Position numbers and translations under genes: made by a program
The notes under the pieces: generated by a model
What the model was told of the DNA's origin: nothing
The model's input: the letters and a program-made list of their open reading frames with translations, nothing else
Database searches by the model: none
Shown: in pieces, positions 13,480 to 24,272 of the stretch
Layout: each line of letters opens with the position of its first letter
How positions within the stretch are numbered: the first letter of the stretch is position 1
DNA from: Paraspadella gotoi
Taxonomy: Eukaryota; Animalia; Chaetognatha
Direction of reading: 5' to 3'
Assembly (NCBI GenBank): GCA_051294375.1
Contig: CM119263.1
Coordinates: 26,328,758 to 26,392,757 of the forward strand
Length of the DNA: 64,000 bases

Positions 13480-13655
13480 AGCCGCCATTGGCAAGTCATT
13501 CGCCTCCCAACCCCAAGGTCCGGGATTCTAGCCCGGTGGTCGCCTAGCAGTTAAGTGGGACGGGGCATATAACCCGCCTGTAACACTGTGTTACAGCCTG
13601 ATCCGAAGCTCAGGGACTGCTTATATTGAACCGTTCTGTCACTAACACATAACAA
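13480..13655 (+). mobile_element. tRNA(Gly-like)-derived SINE (family 2), best-preserved copy
   Basis: Head with TTCGCCTCCCAAC (resembles the tRNA-Gly CCC anticodon arm) and B-box-like GGGATTCTAGCCC. Body TAACACTGTGTTACAGCCTGATCCGAAGCTCAGGGACTGCTTATATT recurs at ~58.3 and ~59.5 kb. Confidence 0.65.
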
Positions 13656-14390
13656 TAATTACTGTCTCTTCATTCGTAATAAAAGGTATGAAAATTATGG
13701 GTAATCAACATAAACGCATAGCAATAATCCGAATTAGATTTTAACTCTGAATAAACCCGATTTTTCCGAAAGGATAAAAATCGTCTTCAAATGAATTCAT
13801 ATTTTAAACTTGGCAAGCATGGGGGTACGATTAAGACAATTTCAGGATATTTGTATCGGCGGTGGCGAGCGTCGCCGTAGGGGGAGACGGCTCAACGTCC
13901 GACGATTGGGAATGAAAATATCTTAGTTCAAGTTTCCCAAATTCGAGATCGGGAGTCGCGACGACGGATAATAATAATTGAAGAAGAAGGAAAAAGGGTT
14001 GGCTGAGGCTATCTAGGTTATTTTAGATAACGTTTGATTTGGAATTGTGTAAATTCTTCAGTTGCCTCAAAGATTACGACGTCGAAACGGTTTTAAGACC
14101 GTTTATTTACCTTTTAACCGAAATTTTATCGTTAATTTGGATTGTTTACAAACAATTTGGAAATATTTTATGTCATCGCCTGTTTTTAACTTCGATAAAT
14201 TAACAACTTTTGAAACCTCGATCGTCTGAAAGCAGAGGCAGCACAAACAATATTATTTCCAAATCCGTACTTGTCAATGTAATGTAACGGAACTGCTACT
14301 CAGTACTCACGCACCTGCGTTTTGTAACCTTTACCTCTCGTTTCTATGAAGAAAACCGTATTTTCATATAACTTTTGTTAAGTAATTATT

Positions 14391-14591
14391 GTGATTTAAC
14401 TTTCTTTCGTTGTGTTTTTAGATATTTGAAATTAAAGACAAAGTCTTGATACAGCAACGGTTTTATTTTTATTGTACAGACAAGTTTCGGCTTTCATTCA
14501 AGCCTGATGAAGGCTTGAATGAAAGCCGAAACTTGTCTGTACAATAAAAATAAAATCGTTGCTGTATCAAGACTTTGTCTTTAATTTCAAA
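14391..14591 (+). mobile_element. Hammerhead-bearing Penelope-like/retrozyme-type palindromic insertion, copy A
   Basis: 83-bp inverted arms (14423-14505 / 14511-14593, one mismatch), 12-bp direct repeat TAAGTAATTATT at 14379-14390 and 14592-14603, and ~32-34 bp unpaired tail on the left. Confidence 0.8.
14504..14537 (+). ncRNA. Minimal hammerhead ribozyme core (copy A; stem I 5' strand lost at the inversion point)
   Basis: CTGATGA 14504-14510, stem II GGCTT/AAGCC, GAAA 14528-14531, CTT, cleavage triplet GTC 14535-14537. Confidence 0.7.
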
Positions 14592-15522
14592 TAAGTAATT
14601 ATTTTATTTCTTTTCGTTTATTACAATTTTTTTTCACTCCTCACTCTTTTTTTTCATCCTGAAAACGAAAAGGAGGAACTGAGGTAATGAAAAATGAAAA
14701 AAGAAAATTACGTGGAATTCCAATTTTATACACGCATTCTCTCTCTCTCTCTCTCCTCAAACGTGACCAAATGTCTCGTTAGGATGGTCGGGCCAGTTTC
14801 TCAAAGCCAAACCGGCTTTTATAGGAAAAGCGAGAGCACGGGAACGAATTTAGGAGAAATTAGATTAAGCGAAAAAGTCACGTGGCTACACGCTGTTATA
14901 CGGTAACTGAGTAAAGTTTGTAAATTGTAAGGAAAATTAATTTTCATATAATGTTTTTAAAAAATGATACTAGTATCACATTGTCATTACTGTTTTCAGT
15001 TATTTTATTGCAAGACCGTTGGAGGTGTGGTTTTGAATCAGACCGCTGGCAACAATGAAGAAAAACTCAAGGAATTCAAGGCTAAAATCATTGACTATTT
15101 TATTAGGATAATATTAAACGAAGGTTACTCACTGAGGGGCAAATATGATTATTCTCATCTACTCTATCTGCAATCAAAACACAGTAAATTTTCAAAACGG
15201 CATTATAGGCAATCGTAAATATGTTCGATTTCATCTGAGATTAGCCGAGGCGATTTTAATCTTGTCCAATTCTATTTGTGTGAAAGTTTTCAGATCGTTT
15301 GAACTGATACTGTTATATGTAAGTTTTTTACTCAAGTGATGATGAGAATTCAAAGTTCTTCAGATCATGAAAATTGATAAAACGTTTCTTGTTCCAGGTA
15401 ATTACAATATTTTCTTGAACGGGTTATTTTATAATCTTTGACTTCTGAGAGCCTGAAAATCTTCGCTTTGCTTCAAACTTATTCTGGTTAGTCTTTTTGA
15501 AGATTTTTTTAAAGCTCAAGCA

Positions 15523-15953
15523 TTATATTATTTCCTTTCTTTTTCGTTGTGTTTAATTAGTTAGAGAAAACAAAGTTTGTTTGTTTGTAAACAACGATTT
15601 TATTCACATTGGACATGTTTCGGCTCTTTTTCTCTTTTTCTCTATTTTTTCTCTTCCTCTCTAACTTAGCTATCCCTAACCACATATTCTTCCTTTCCAC
15701 TATATTTCATTCTTAAAAATAGTTAAATATGTTAGTTTAATCCTTAAATTTGTTATTTAATCCTTAAATTTGTTATTATTTATTTCATTTATTTTGTTAT
15801 ACATTACAAAAAATGTAATTATTTTCTCTCCCTCTGTCTCTCTCAATATTTCACCATTCATTTTTCAACCACTTTCCTCTTCTTCTCTCCCCTTACCTTC
15901 ACCTGTCCTCAATCTGACCACTGTCCTTTTCTCACTCTGTGTTGGAAGCTTTA

Positions 15954-16010
<57 letters not shown>

Positions 16011-16137
16011 ACTCAATGTTAAAGAAAAAATTTGTTATTGAAACAAACGCTGATGAAGGCTTAAAGGCAAGAGCCGAAACATGTCCAATGTGAATAAAAT
16101 CGTTGTTTACAAACAAACAAACTTTGTTTTCTCTATC
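15523..16137 (+). mobile_element. Hammerhead-bearing Penelope-like/retrozyme-type insertion, copy B
   Basis: ~69-bp inverted arms (15560-15628 / 16069-16137), 13-bp direct repeat TAAAGCTCAAGCA at 15510-15522 and 16138-16150, ~34-37 bp tail containing TTTCGTTGTGTTT. Internal CTGACCACTGTC and CT tract are shared with copy C. Confidence 0.85.
16050..16085 (+). ncRNA. Minimal hammerhead ribozyme core (copy B)
   Basis: CTGATGA 16050-16056, stem II GGCT/AGCC, GAAA 16076-16079, palindromic ACATGT stem III, cleavage triplet GTC 16083-16085, AATAAA shortly downstream. Stem I pairing is weak. Confidence 0.75.
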
Positions 16138-16433
16138 TAAAGCTCAAGCAAAAAAAAAAATTACTTGTAAAAGAAATTAATAATAATAATAATAATCGCC
16201 CTCATTAGTCTAGTTTTCGTTTTGCAACACTATCGTCGTCTATTCTGTCGTCGTCGTCGTCGTCGTTATTACATTATTAAGGGCACTGAGTCTGATATAA
16301 TTAAAAGAAATAGAATTATAAAAATACTATAATTTTTACTTAAGAATAAAGAGATGAAAAAAATCAGTAAAAATGTTAACAAAACTTTTCTAAAGACAAG
16401 AAAACTCCTTTTATTTCCCCGTCACGCCCATAA

Positions 16434-19400
16434 ATGTCGGCCACGATGACAACAAACGATTCCGGTCAATTTTACCTGGGAAATTACTGCGCGGACATTC
16501 CGTTCTGGGACGACGCCCTCTCGTGGTGGACCGAGGATCCCGACTTGACCCTTTGTTTCGTAGACACGATTCCCGCTTGGGGGTTCCCTTTATCTTCATC
16601 AACGTCGCCGCGATGTGTCGCCCTCGACTCTTCGTCAAACACGATTCGAAATTCAAAATCAAAACAAAAGGACAAGAGTTGTCGAATTATTTAAACTTGT
16701 CTCTTTCTTTGGTCTTCCTCTCCAACGCTTTCATCAAACTTATTCTCTACTTCACGTTCGCTCTTCGAAAATCAGATGGCGCTTCTTCTCTCTACATCGC
16801 CTCTCCCTCCATCGTCGTCAACCCTCTAGCGGCGATGATGTCGGTCATATTCTCTTTGCTGTTGATCAACGGCAAACAATCTCAATTCAGACGAGAATCC
16901 ATCTCCGTCTCTTTGATATTTTGGTCGCTGACGTTCGTGCTGCAGCTGCTGCCGCTGCAGCGTTTCGTCAGATTGAGTCTACGGAGAGAGAGCAGCGACG
17001 TGGAGGACGTTCACGGGATCACCAGCTGCGTGGCCATCGCGGTTGCTTTGGCCCTCGCCGTCAGCGAATGCGCGCAAACCTGGGAGACAAACGGAAGCGG
17101 TTACGATAAAGCCTGCGTGTTTAGCAGGTGGTCGTTTATGTGGATAACGCCAACGCTGTGGAAAGGGATTAATAAAAAATTAAACGCCGACGATTTGGAA
17201 AGATTTCCAACGGAATTCGAAAGCGCGACTCTTTTGAAAAGCTTCAATGGAAAAGCGAAAGGCGAACAAACGAGGAGACCATTCGATTCATCTCATCTCA
17301 TCTCATGAGTCGGTATAAGGCGCGATTGGCTGCGTTAGTTTCAGTAAGAATTATTTACACGGCATTTCGACTGTTCAAACCTATTTGCTTAAGCTGGTTG
17401 ATCAATCACGTGATCAGTCGGAACGAAATAAGCTTTGAGTACAAATGGAAAGGATTATTCTTCACCTTTCTCCTTTTCTTCATCGCCGTCGTAGGTGCTT
17501 TTCTCCACTGGAACTTTTGGTGGTACATGAATCTCTCGGCGATCAAGATTCAGAACACGGCCATGATCCTCGTCTTCAACAAAAGCCTTCGTCTCACTTC
17601 CTACGAGCGCCTCTCAGCAACGACGGGAGAAATCGTCAACTTGATGAGCGTCGACGCCAGACGCTTCTTCTACGGACTGGAGCAATTGATCGCCGGATTT
17701 ATTTATCCTCTGGAGCTGATCGGCGTCACGTGTCTTCTCTACAATCAAATCGGCGTCTCGGTCTTCGCCGGTTTCGCCGTATTGATCGTCTGCTTCCCCG
17801 TCTCCTTTTTCGTAGGGTCGCTCATCATGAGAAAACAAAAGGACAACATGACGTTTAAAGACGAGAGAGTCAAGTTGCTCAAAGAAATACTCAACGGAAT
17901 AAAAGTCGTTAAATTCTAGGCGTGGGAAGAATTGTTTTTACGTAAAGTCGTTGACGTTCGAAAGAGCGGAATTGGTGACTTTGAAAAGTCTTTTGTATTT
18001 GAAAGCGATATTGGAATTTAATTTTCGAACGGCGCCGGTTCTCGTCAACGTCGTCGCTTTCATGACCTTCGTTTTGTCGTCGCATGACAACGTTATGACG
18101 CCGGAAAAGGCTTTCGTTTCGCTGGCGTTGTTCAACATATCGAGAATTATTTTATGGGGAATTCCCGATGCCATTTATCATAACGTTCAAATGATTATAT
18201 CGAGCCGAAGGATAGACAAGTTTTTAAACAGCAGAGAGATTGATAAAGAAGCTGTAGATCGTTCGGATAAGAATGATAACGCTGTATCACTTGAGAACGC
18301 CAGTTTTTCTTGGAACTCTGCTGCCGACATTTCTCTTCGTAACGTTAGTTTCGAATTGAAACGTGGGCAACTTTTAGCCGTCATCGGTTCTGTAGGATCT
18401 GGTAAATCCTCTTTACTCCAAGCCACTTTGGGAGAAATGAACAGAGTGGCGGGAAAACTCGCCGTGACGAAGAAAGTCGCGTACGTATCGCAGTTGCCAT
18501 GGATACAAAATTGCACCCTGAGAGAAAATATTTTATTCGGAAAGTCAATGAATGGAGAAAGGTACGACGAAGTATTGAAAGCCTGCGCGCTGATATCGGA
18601 TCTCCAATCATTTCCAAATTACGACGAAACGGTAATCGGCGACAGAGGCATCAATTTGTCTGGTGGCCAGAAACTGAGAATCTCATTGGCTCGCGCCGTT
18701 TACGCCGACGCGGACCTGTATCTGTTGGATGATCCATTGAGCGCAGTCGACGTTCACGTGGGGACGCATATTTTCGAAAATGTTTTATCTTCTAGAGGAT
18801 TATTGGGTAACAAAAGTAGATTTCTGGTCACTAACAATTTGTCAAATTTGTTAAAGATGGACTTATTTCTTCACTTGGAACAAGGAAAAGTAATTCAAAG
18901 CGGAACCTTAACTAATTTGCTGCGTGAAAATCCCACGTTTGTGGAATCTGTCACGAAAAGAATCACGGATGACAAAAAAAAAGAATAAAACGTTCAGGAA
19001 GGAATTTTCTTATTCACAAAATGCGAAACTCACTGAAGCCGAAGATACTATGCACGGGGTTATGTCGAAAGAAGTATTCATATTGTATATCAAGAAATTC
19101 GGTTCTTATCTCGTCTTCGGTTTTATAATATCCTTTCTCGTCGCGCAATTTTTCGAATCTTACTCAAGTATTAAATTGTTGGAATGGGTAGACGATTTGA
19201 CCAACGACACCACAACCGAACCAGCTTCGACTTTCGATACGAGAAAACGAAATTTGCTCGTTTATTGAATCCTCCGATTGGCCTCCGATTGGCCTCTCCC
19301 TTCTTTTTCAATCCTCCGATTGGCCTCTCCCTTCTTCCTCATCGCGGCCATGGTCTTTCAAACTCACGGTACCGTCAACGCGGCTCGTCGTCTCCATGGC

Positions 19401-20829
19401 GACCTGACCAAAAGGGTCATCGCATTTCCGATGTCCTTCTTCGACACGGTGCCATTGGGTCGGGTCATGAATCGCTTCTCCTCGGACATCGACGTAGTCG
19501 ACTCTAAAATTCCCGAAAAAACTTTTTTCTAGTCGTCGAGACTTTGATTATCACGATCTTCGCTTTATTTTTTATCGCTTATGTCAAACCCTGGTTATTA
19601 ATAGTTATTCCCTTCATCGGTCTCGCCTGTTATCCTCTCAAATCTTTCTACGTCGAAGGTTCTCGTCAACTCCAACGACTGGAGTTCATCTCTCGATCCC
19701 CGATCTTCTCCATGTTCCACGAGGCGTTGCAAGGAATCCCCATCATTCGCGCCTTCGACGCCGAGGAACGATTCCGGCGGGAGTCCATGTCGAGATTAGA
19801 CAACAACATGAAAGCAGCTTTCCTCCTCGGGGGAGCCAATCGATGGATCGCGTTTAATTTGGAATTGCTTGGTTGTCTCATTCTCCTCATTTGTTCTCTT
19901 TACGCGATTTTGGAGGAGACGACGTCCGGAGGCGAAGCCGGTCTCATCATCACTCTCACCATCAACATTTCAGGGATTTTCGGTGATTCCATTCGTGAAA
20001 TTTCTCACGCTGAAAATATTTTTATTTCCGTGGAGAGAATTAAGGAATACAGTCAACTTCCGGCCGAAGATTTGTGGTCAGTCAAAAAATCGGCGAGTTC
20101 CACATCGAACTGGCCGCGAGTGGGAAAAGTGATTTTCAAAGATTTCAGTACGAGATACAGAAAAAATTTGGATTTGGTCCTGGAGGGACTCGATCTTAAG
20201 ATAGGAGGCGGTCAAAGAGTCGGCGTTGTCGGGCGAACCGGGGCCGGAAAGTCGAGTCTAACCCTGGCCCTGTTTCGCATGTTGGAAGGGGCCGAGGGTT
20301 GTATCGAAATCGACGATCGAAAAACAAAAGACGTCGGTCTTCACGAGCTGAGATCCAATCTCTCCATCATTCCTCTGGAACTCTCCGCTCGAATCTCGAT
20401 CCGTTCGATCGATACGGAGACGACGACCTGTGGAAAGTCTTGAAGCTCGTTCAGCTTACGGACTTTGCGACCGATTCCGGCGGCTTGAAGATGACCTGCA
20501 TGGAGGCGGGAGAAAACTTGTCCATGGGTCAGCGTCAACTCGTCTGCCTCGCTAGGGCGTTGCTAAGAGACGCTAAGATCCTCGTTCTCGACGAAGCGAC
20601 GGCGGCGGTCGACGTCAGAACGGACGCCCTCATTCAGAAGACGATTCGCGAAGAGTTTGTCGGCTGCACCATCATCACCATCGCTCACCGCATCAACACA
20701 ATCATGGATTACGACGCTGTTGTTGTTCTTGATCGGGGAAAAGTGTTGAAGATCGGCGAACCGAGGAAATTGGCTGAAGATCAGTCCTCTGCGTTTTATG
20801 CTTTGCTGAAAAACTCTCGAGTTGAATAA
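16434..20829 (+). pseudogene. Intronless long-type ABCC/MRP (MRP1-like) ABC transporter, disrupted
   Basis: TMD0 start YCADIPFWDDALSWWTEDPDLTLCF; TMD1 GEIVNLMSVDA and EILNGIKVVKF; NBD1 GSVGSGKSS, LSGGQK, LYLLDDPLSAVD; TMD2 FFDTVPLGRVMNRFSSD; NBD2 GRTGAGKSS, LSMGQRQL, ILVLDEATAAVD, IAHR. Lesions: frameshifts near 16582, 17300, 17945, 18980 and 19525, in-frame TAG 17917-17919, duplication ~19268-19337, and Q-loop deletion ~20374. Confidence 0.9.
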
Positions 20830-22374
20830 GAAACATTTTTGGATTTTTTACTAGAATAGGACTAATTCTATAATTTCGTTTTATTTTGGGGAAGTTTTTA
20901 TTTTACACATGACTTATCATAGTTGTATATTTATTTAGGTACCTCTATGATATAGAGACTATATTTATCCATTCAATCAATGTCTTTTGTTTGATTTTAA
21001 ATGTGGTATACAGTTTATTCCGCCCTCTTTTATCCGTAACTACGATGAAGTGTTTTTTGTTTAAAGCATATTAACGAATGAAAATATTAGGTGACGAATT
21101 TCTTTTCATGAACTTAGTTTATTCTCGTACGGTCTTACCCAAGTCAAGAAAATAAAATAAAGACAAACAGAAAGATAAATTAAAAGCGGATGACAACAAC
21201 GGTGTAAATGTTTCAAAATTTTCATCACGTTTTTCCTTTACGGTATTCCTCTTTCTCGGTCGACGACGACGACGACGACGACGACGAAACTGACAACGAC
21301 GACGTCGATACTGACAATAACGAAGACACGATGACAACGTGCATGAGGTCGAGTGTCAGCGCCAGTTTTAATGCCCGCCATAACTTTGCTAGAAAAAGAA
21401 AATGAAAGAAAAAGAAATAAAAAATGGATGCGGATTTGAAACGCGGAATTCGCCCACCGAAACTACAACCATTTTATTCAGTTGCTCTTACGTTAAATAG
21501 TAAATACGGTTTTTAAGTGCTACTATTCTTATGAAATTGGTACAACCAATATAAAAATCATTCCATTCATTCAATTAAGGGCTGAACTTAGGTAAATATT
21601 TTGCCTGACGTAACTGAGCATAAAGTGTTTCTCTGAAAATTCGCCTAGGATAAAGAACATGATTTTCTTATAGAAGTATAGGGTGGGTCATTTCATGACA
21701 TCGAAAATGATTTGTGACTATATATTTATTTTAAGAGATAAAGGTGGTAGAAAACAATATATTTTCTTTATTGTTTTAATTTCGTATCAACTATATTTTT
21801 AATTTGGTTTATTACTATACTTTAAGCCCAAAAATTACTTTGTCCCAGCATGGTAATCGAAAATATGATTATGGTCAATAGTAGCATGGCAATTGAAGTC
21901 TGTAATCTACTTGGCTACACCAGAGACCAGAACCAATAAAATATTTAAGCGAAGACCCGTTAATGTCGATGTGATCATTATGTAATTAATTATAAGTTAC
22001 GATGAGGGTGCAGTAATAAAGAATAGTTAGAGAGGTGAATGAGAGAGCCACGCGGGAGGATTGAGTGCAGTACCATGTTATATAAGAGATTTGCGATGTA
22101 GCGTGCAATGCTGCAGTTGTTTGATCTGATAATGATTAACAAGATTAAAAACCTCGAGATCAACAGGATGGACCTGTAACAAGACATTGTACCCAAGACA
22201 TCAACGTCGCCCATGGAAATACTCTGTTTAATCTTATTAAAAAATGGCAAAGCTATCTAGATTCTTTGCAGAATATGATATGGATTACTCAATACCTCCC
22301 AAGCTGATTATATTAAAAAATTCGAGCTCAATATAGAAAGTAAATATCCTATGGATATAATTTTCAAATATTGT

Positions 22375-22881
22375 GTTTTTTCTTTTGTTGTGTTTTTAAG
22401 ATTGGAGGAAAAAGAATTTCTTTAACAACAACAACTTTTATTATGATTAAACATACATGTTTCAACTTAATTTGCAAATCTTCATCAGTGCTTATTTAAT
22501 TTTGATAATACATAATTTTTTTGTTACACAAGTAACAGTGAGAAGGATGGAGGAAAGAAGGAGAGACAGAAGAAAAATAATGTTAACAAAAGAAATAAAA
22601 AAAGGACAGTGGTCAGTTTGAGGATAGGGTAAGTTTGAGCAAGAGAGAGAGAAGGTGGTGAGGAAAAGAAATAAAATTTGGCAGAGAGAGAGAGAGAGAG
22701 AGATGCAAGAGTCAACAATTAGATCAATACATTATACATCTTATACATCTTATAACATTATTCATCTTTCTTTCTCTCTGCCAAATTTTCAAATTTCTTT
22801 TCCTCACCACTCTTTCTCTCTGCTCAACTTACCCTATCTCAAAGCTGACCACTGTCATTTTTTTAATTCTTTTTGGAAACA

Positions 22882-22912
<31 letters not shown>

Positions 22913-23070
22913 TTCTCTCCATCCTTTCACTGTTTATTGTGAAAATAAAAATTATGTATATCAAAACTAAATTAGCACTGATAAAGACTTGCAAATTAAA
23001 TCAAAACATGTATGTTTAATCATAAATAAAAAACATTGTTGTTAAATTTTTTTTTCTCTAAAAATCCAAT
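22375..23070. mobile_element. Hammerhead-bearing Penelope-like/retrozyme-type inverted insertion, copy C (older, diverged arms)
   Basis: ~300-bp imperfect inverted arms (~22401-22705 / ~22762-23070), tail motif TCTTTTGTTGTGTTTTTA at 22381, internal CTGACCACTGTC shared with copy B. No clear TSD. Confidence 0.75.
22448..22494 (-). ncRNA. Apparently complete minimal type I hammerhead ribozyme (copy C, minus strand)
   Basis: Minus strand reads TAAGCA-CTGATGA-A-GATTT gcaaatt AAGTT-GAAA-CATGTA-TGTTTA: 6-bp stem I (one G-U), 5-bp stem II with G-U pairs, palindromic ACATGT, GUA cleavage triplet. Confidence 0.75.
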
Positions 23071-24126
23071 AAAGTTTTCCTTCTATTTTCATCATTAACA
23101 AAGATTTTAACTCAAAATAAAAAATGACATCTTTGAAAATTCTGAAAAATGTTTTATCTTAATTAAAAAACAACATATAACGGACTCCAACCCCCTGTCA
23201 CCAAACTGTTGGTTAAATCTGAATAAATATTTTTAGCTATTAATTTTATTTTAAACACAAAATTATTTGTCTTCATTAAATTCTAATATTGGGCTTGATA
23301 AATTGAATTTCTTGTTTAAGCAAATAGTTATTTATTGATAACGTTTTTTAAAAATTAACAAATTCTATTGTAATTTTTTTTATTTTAAATTTTTAATATT
23401 ATTTTGGTTTTAAATTATTGAAGAAAATATTCCTTTTAAAATCTTAGCAATTAGATCATAAGTTATCAGTTATGTCTTAGTTTTAAAGATCTTTTCCTCA
23501 ATTAAAAATTGCCTACTTGTTATTCAGGCCTTACATCATACTATAGGTCCTAATGGATCCCAACAGAAAATTGGTCTATTACGGCCGTATTTAGAGAAGA
23601 AGAGGATGTTTGCTTAAGTTTCACCTGGGGGGGCCCCTGTACCATTCAATAAATAAGCCAATCTTTGGACAAGCATTTGCATTTGCTTTTATTTGCGTAC
23701 TATTTTTTTTGGTTTTATAATTAATAAAAAAAGTTTTTACGATCAACTTCGTATTTTCATTTATACTTACGAGAGCCATTAGAAATCTTAAATCAAACTA
23801 AGACCAAGAAAGGATCAAAAATGCAGCATTTCTTACCGAGATAGGATCCAATGTCTTTTCGTCTTAGAATCGAACGGACCTATCGATGCCAAATTGAATT
23901 CCACCTACATGTTCTGATTTTTTAGGAAAACTAATTGAACTTAACTTATATTGAAAATAACGTATTGATCCGTGATAAACATCCATTTTTGCATTCATTC
24001 ATTGTTTGTTTTCCTTTCTTTTCGTTGCGTTATTTGTTTGAGGTAGAAAATGAATTCATAAAATTTTGGCTTTTGTGACTCAAAAACTGAATCAGGGATC
24101 AAATACTTACATAGATAGGTCGGTGG

Positions 24127-24128
<2 letters not shown>

Positions 24129-24187
<59 letters not shown>

Positions 24188-24272
24188 TCATTCTTTCATT
24201 CATTCATTCATTTATTCATTCATTCATTCATTCATTCATTCATTCATTCATTCATTCATTCATTCATTCATT
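24129..24272. repeat. Compound (TTTC)n-(TTCA)n microsatellite
   Basis: Direct reading. Confidence 0.95.

Noticed and set aside
17917-17919. Stop-codon readthrough or alternative genetic code in the ABCC gene
   Set aside because: It is a single in-frame TAG accompanied by frameshifts, a deletion and duplications, so pseudogenisation or error explains it more simply.
21850-22330. Possible decayed RT/endonuclease ORF next to copy C
   Set aside because: Stops in all frames I read and no recognisable RT or GIY-YIG motif. No autonomous PLE ORF is seen in this window.
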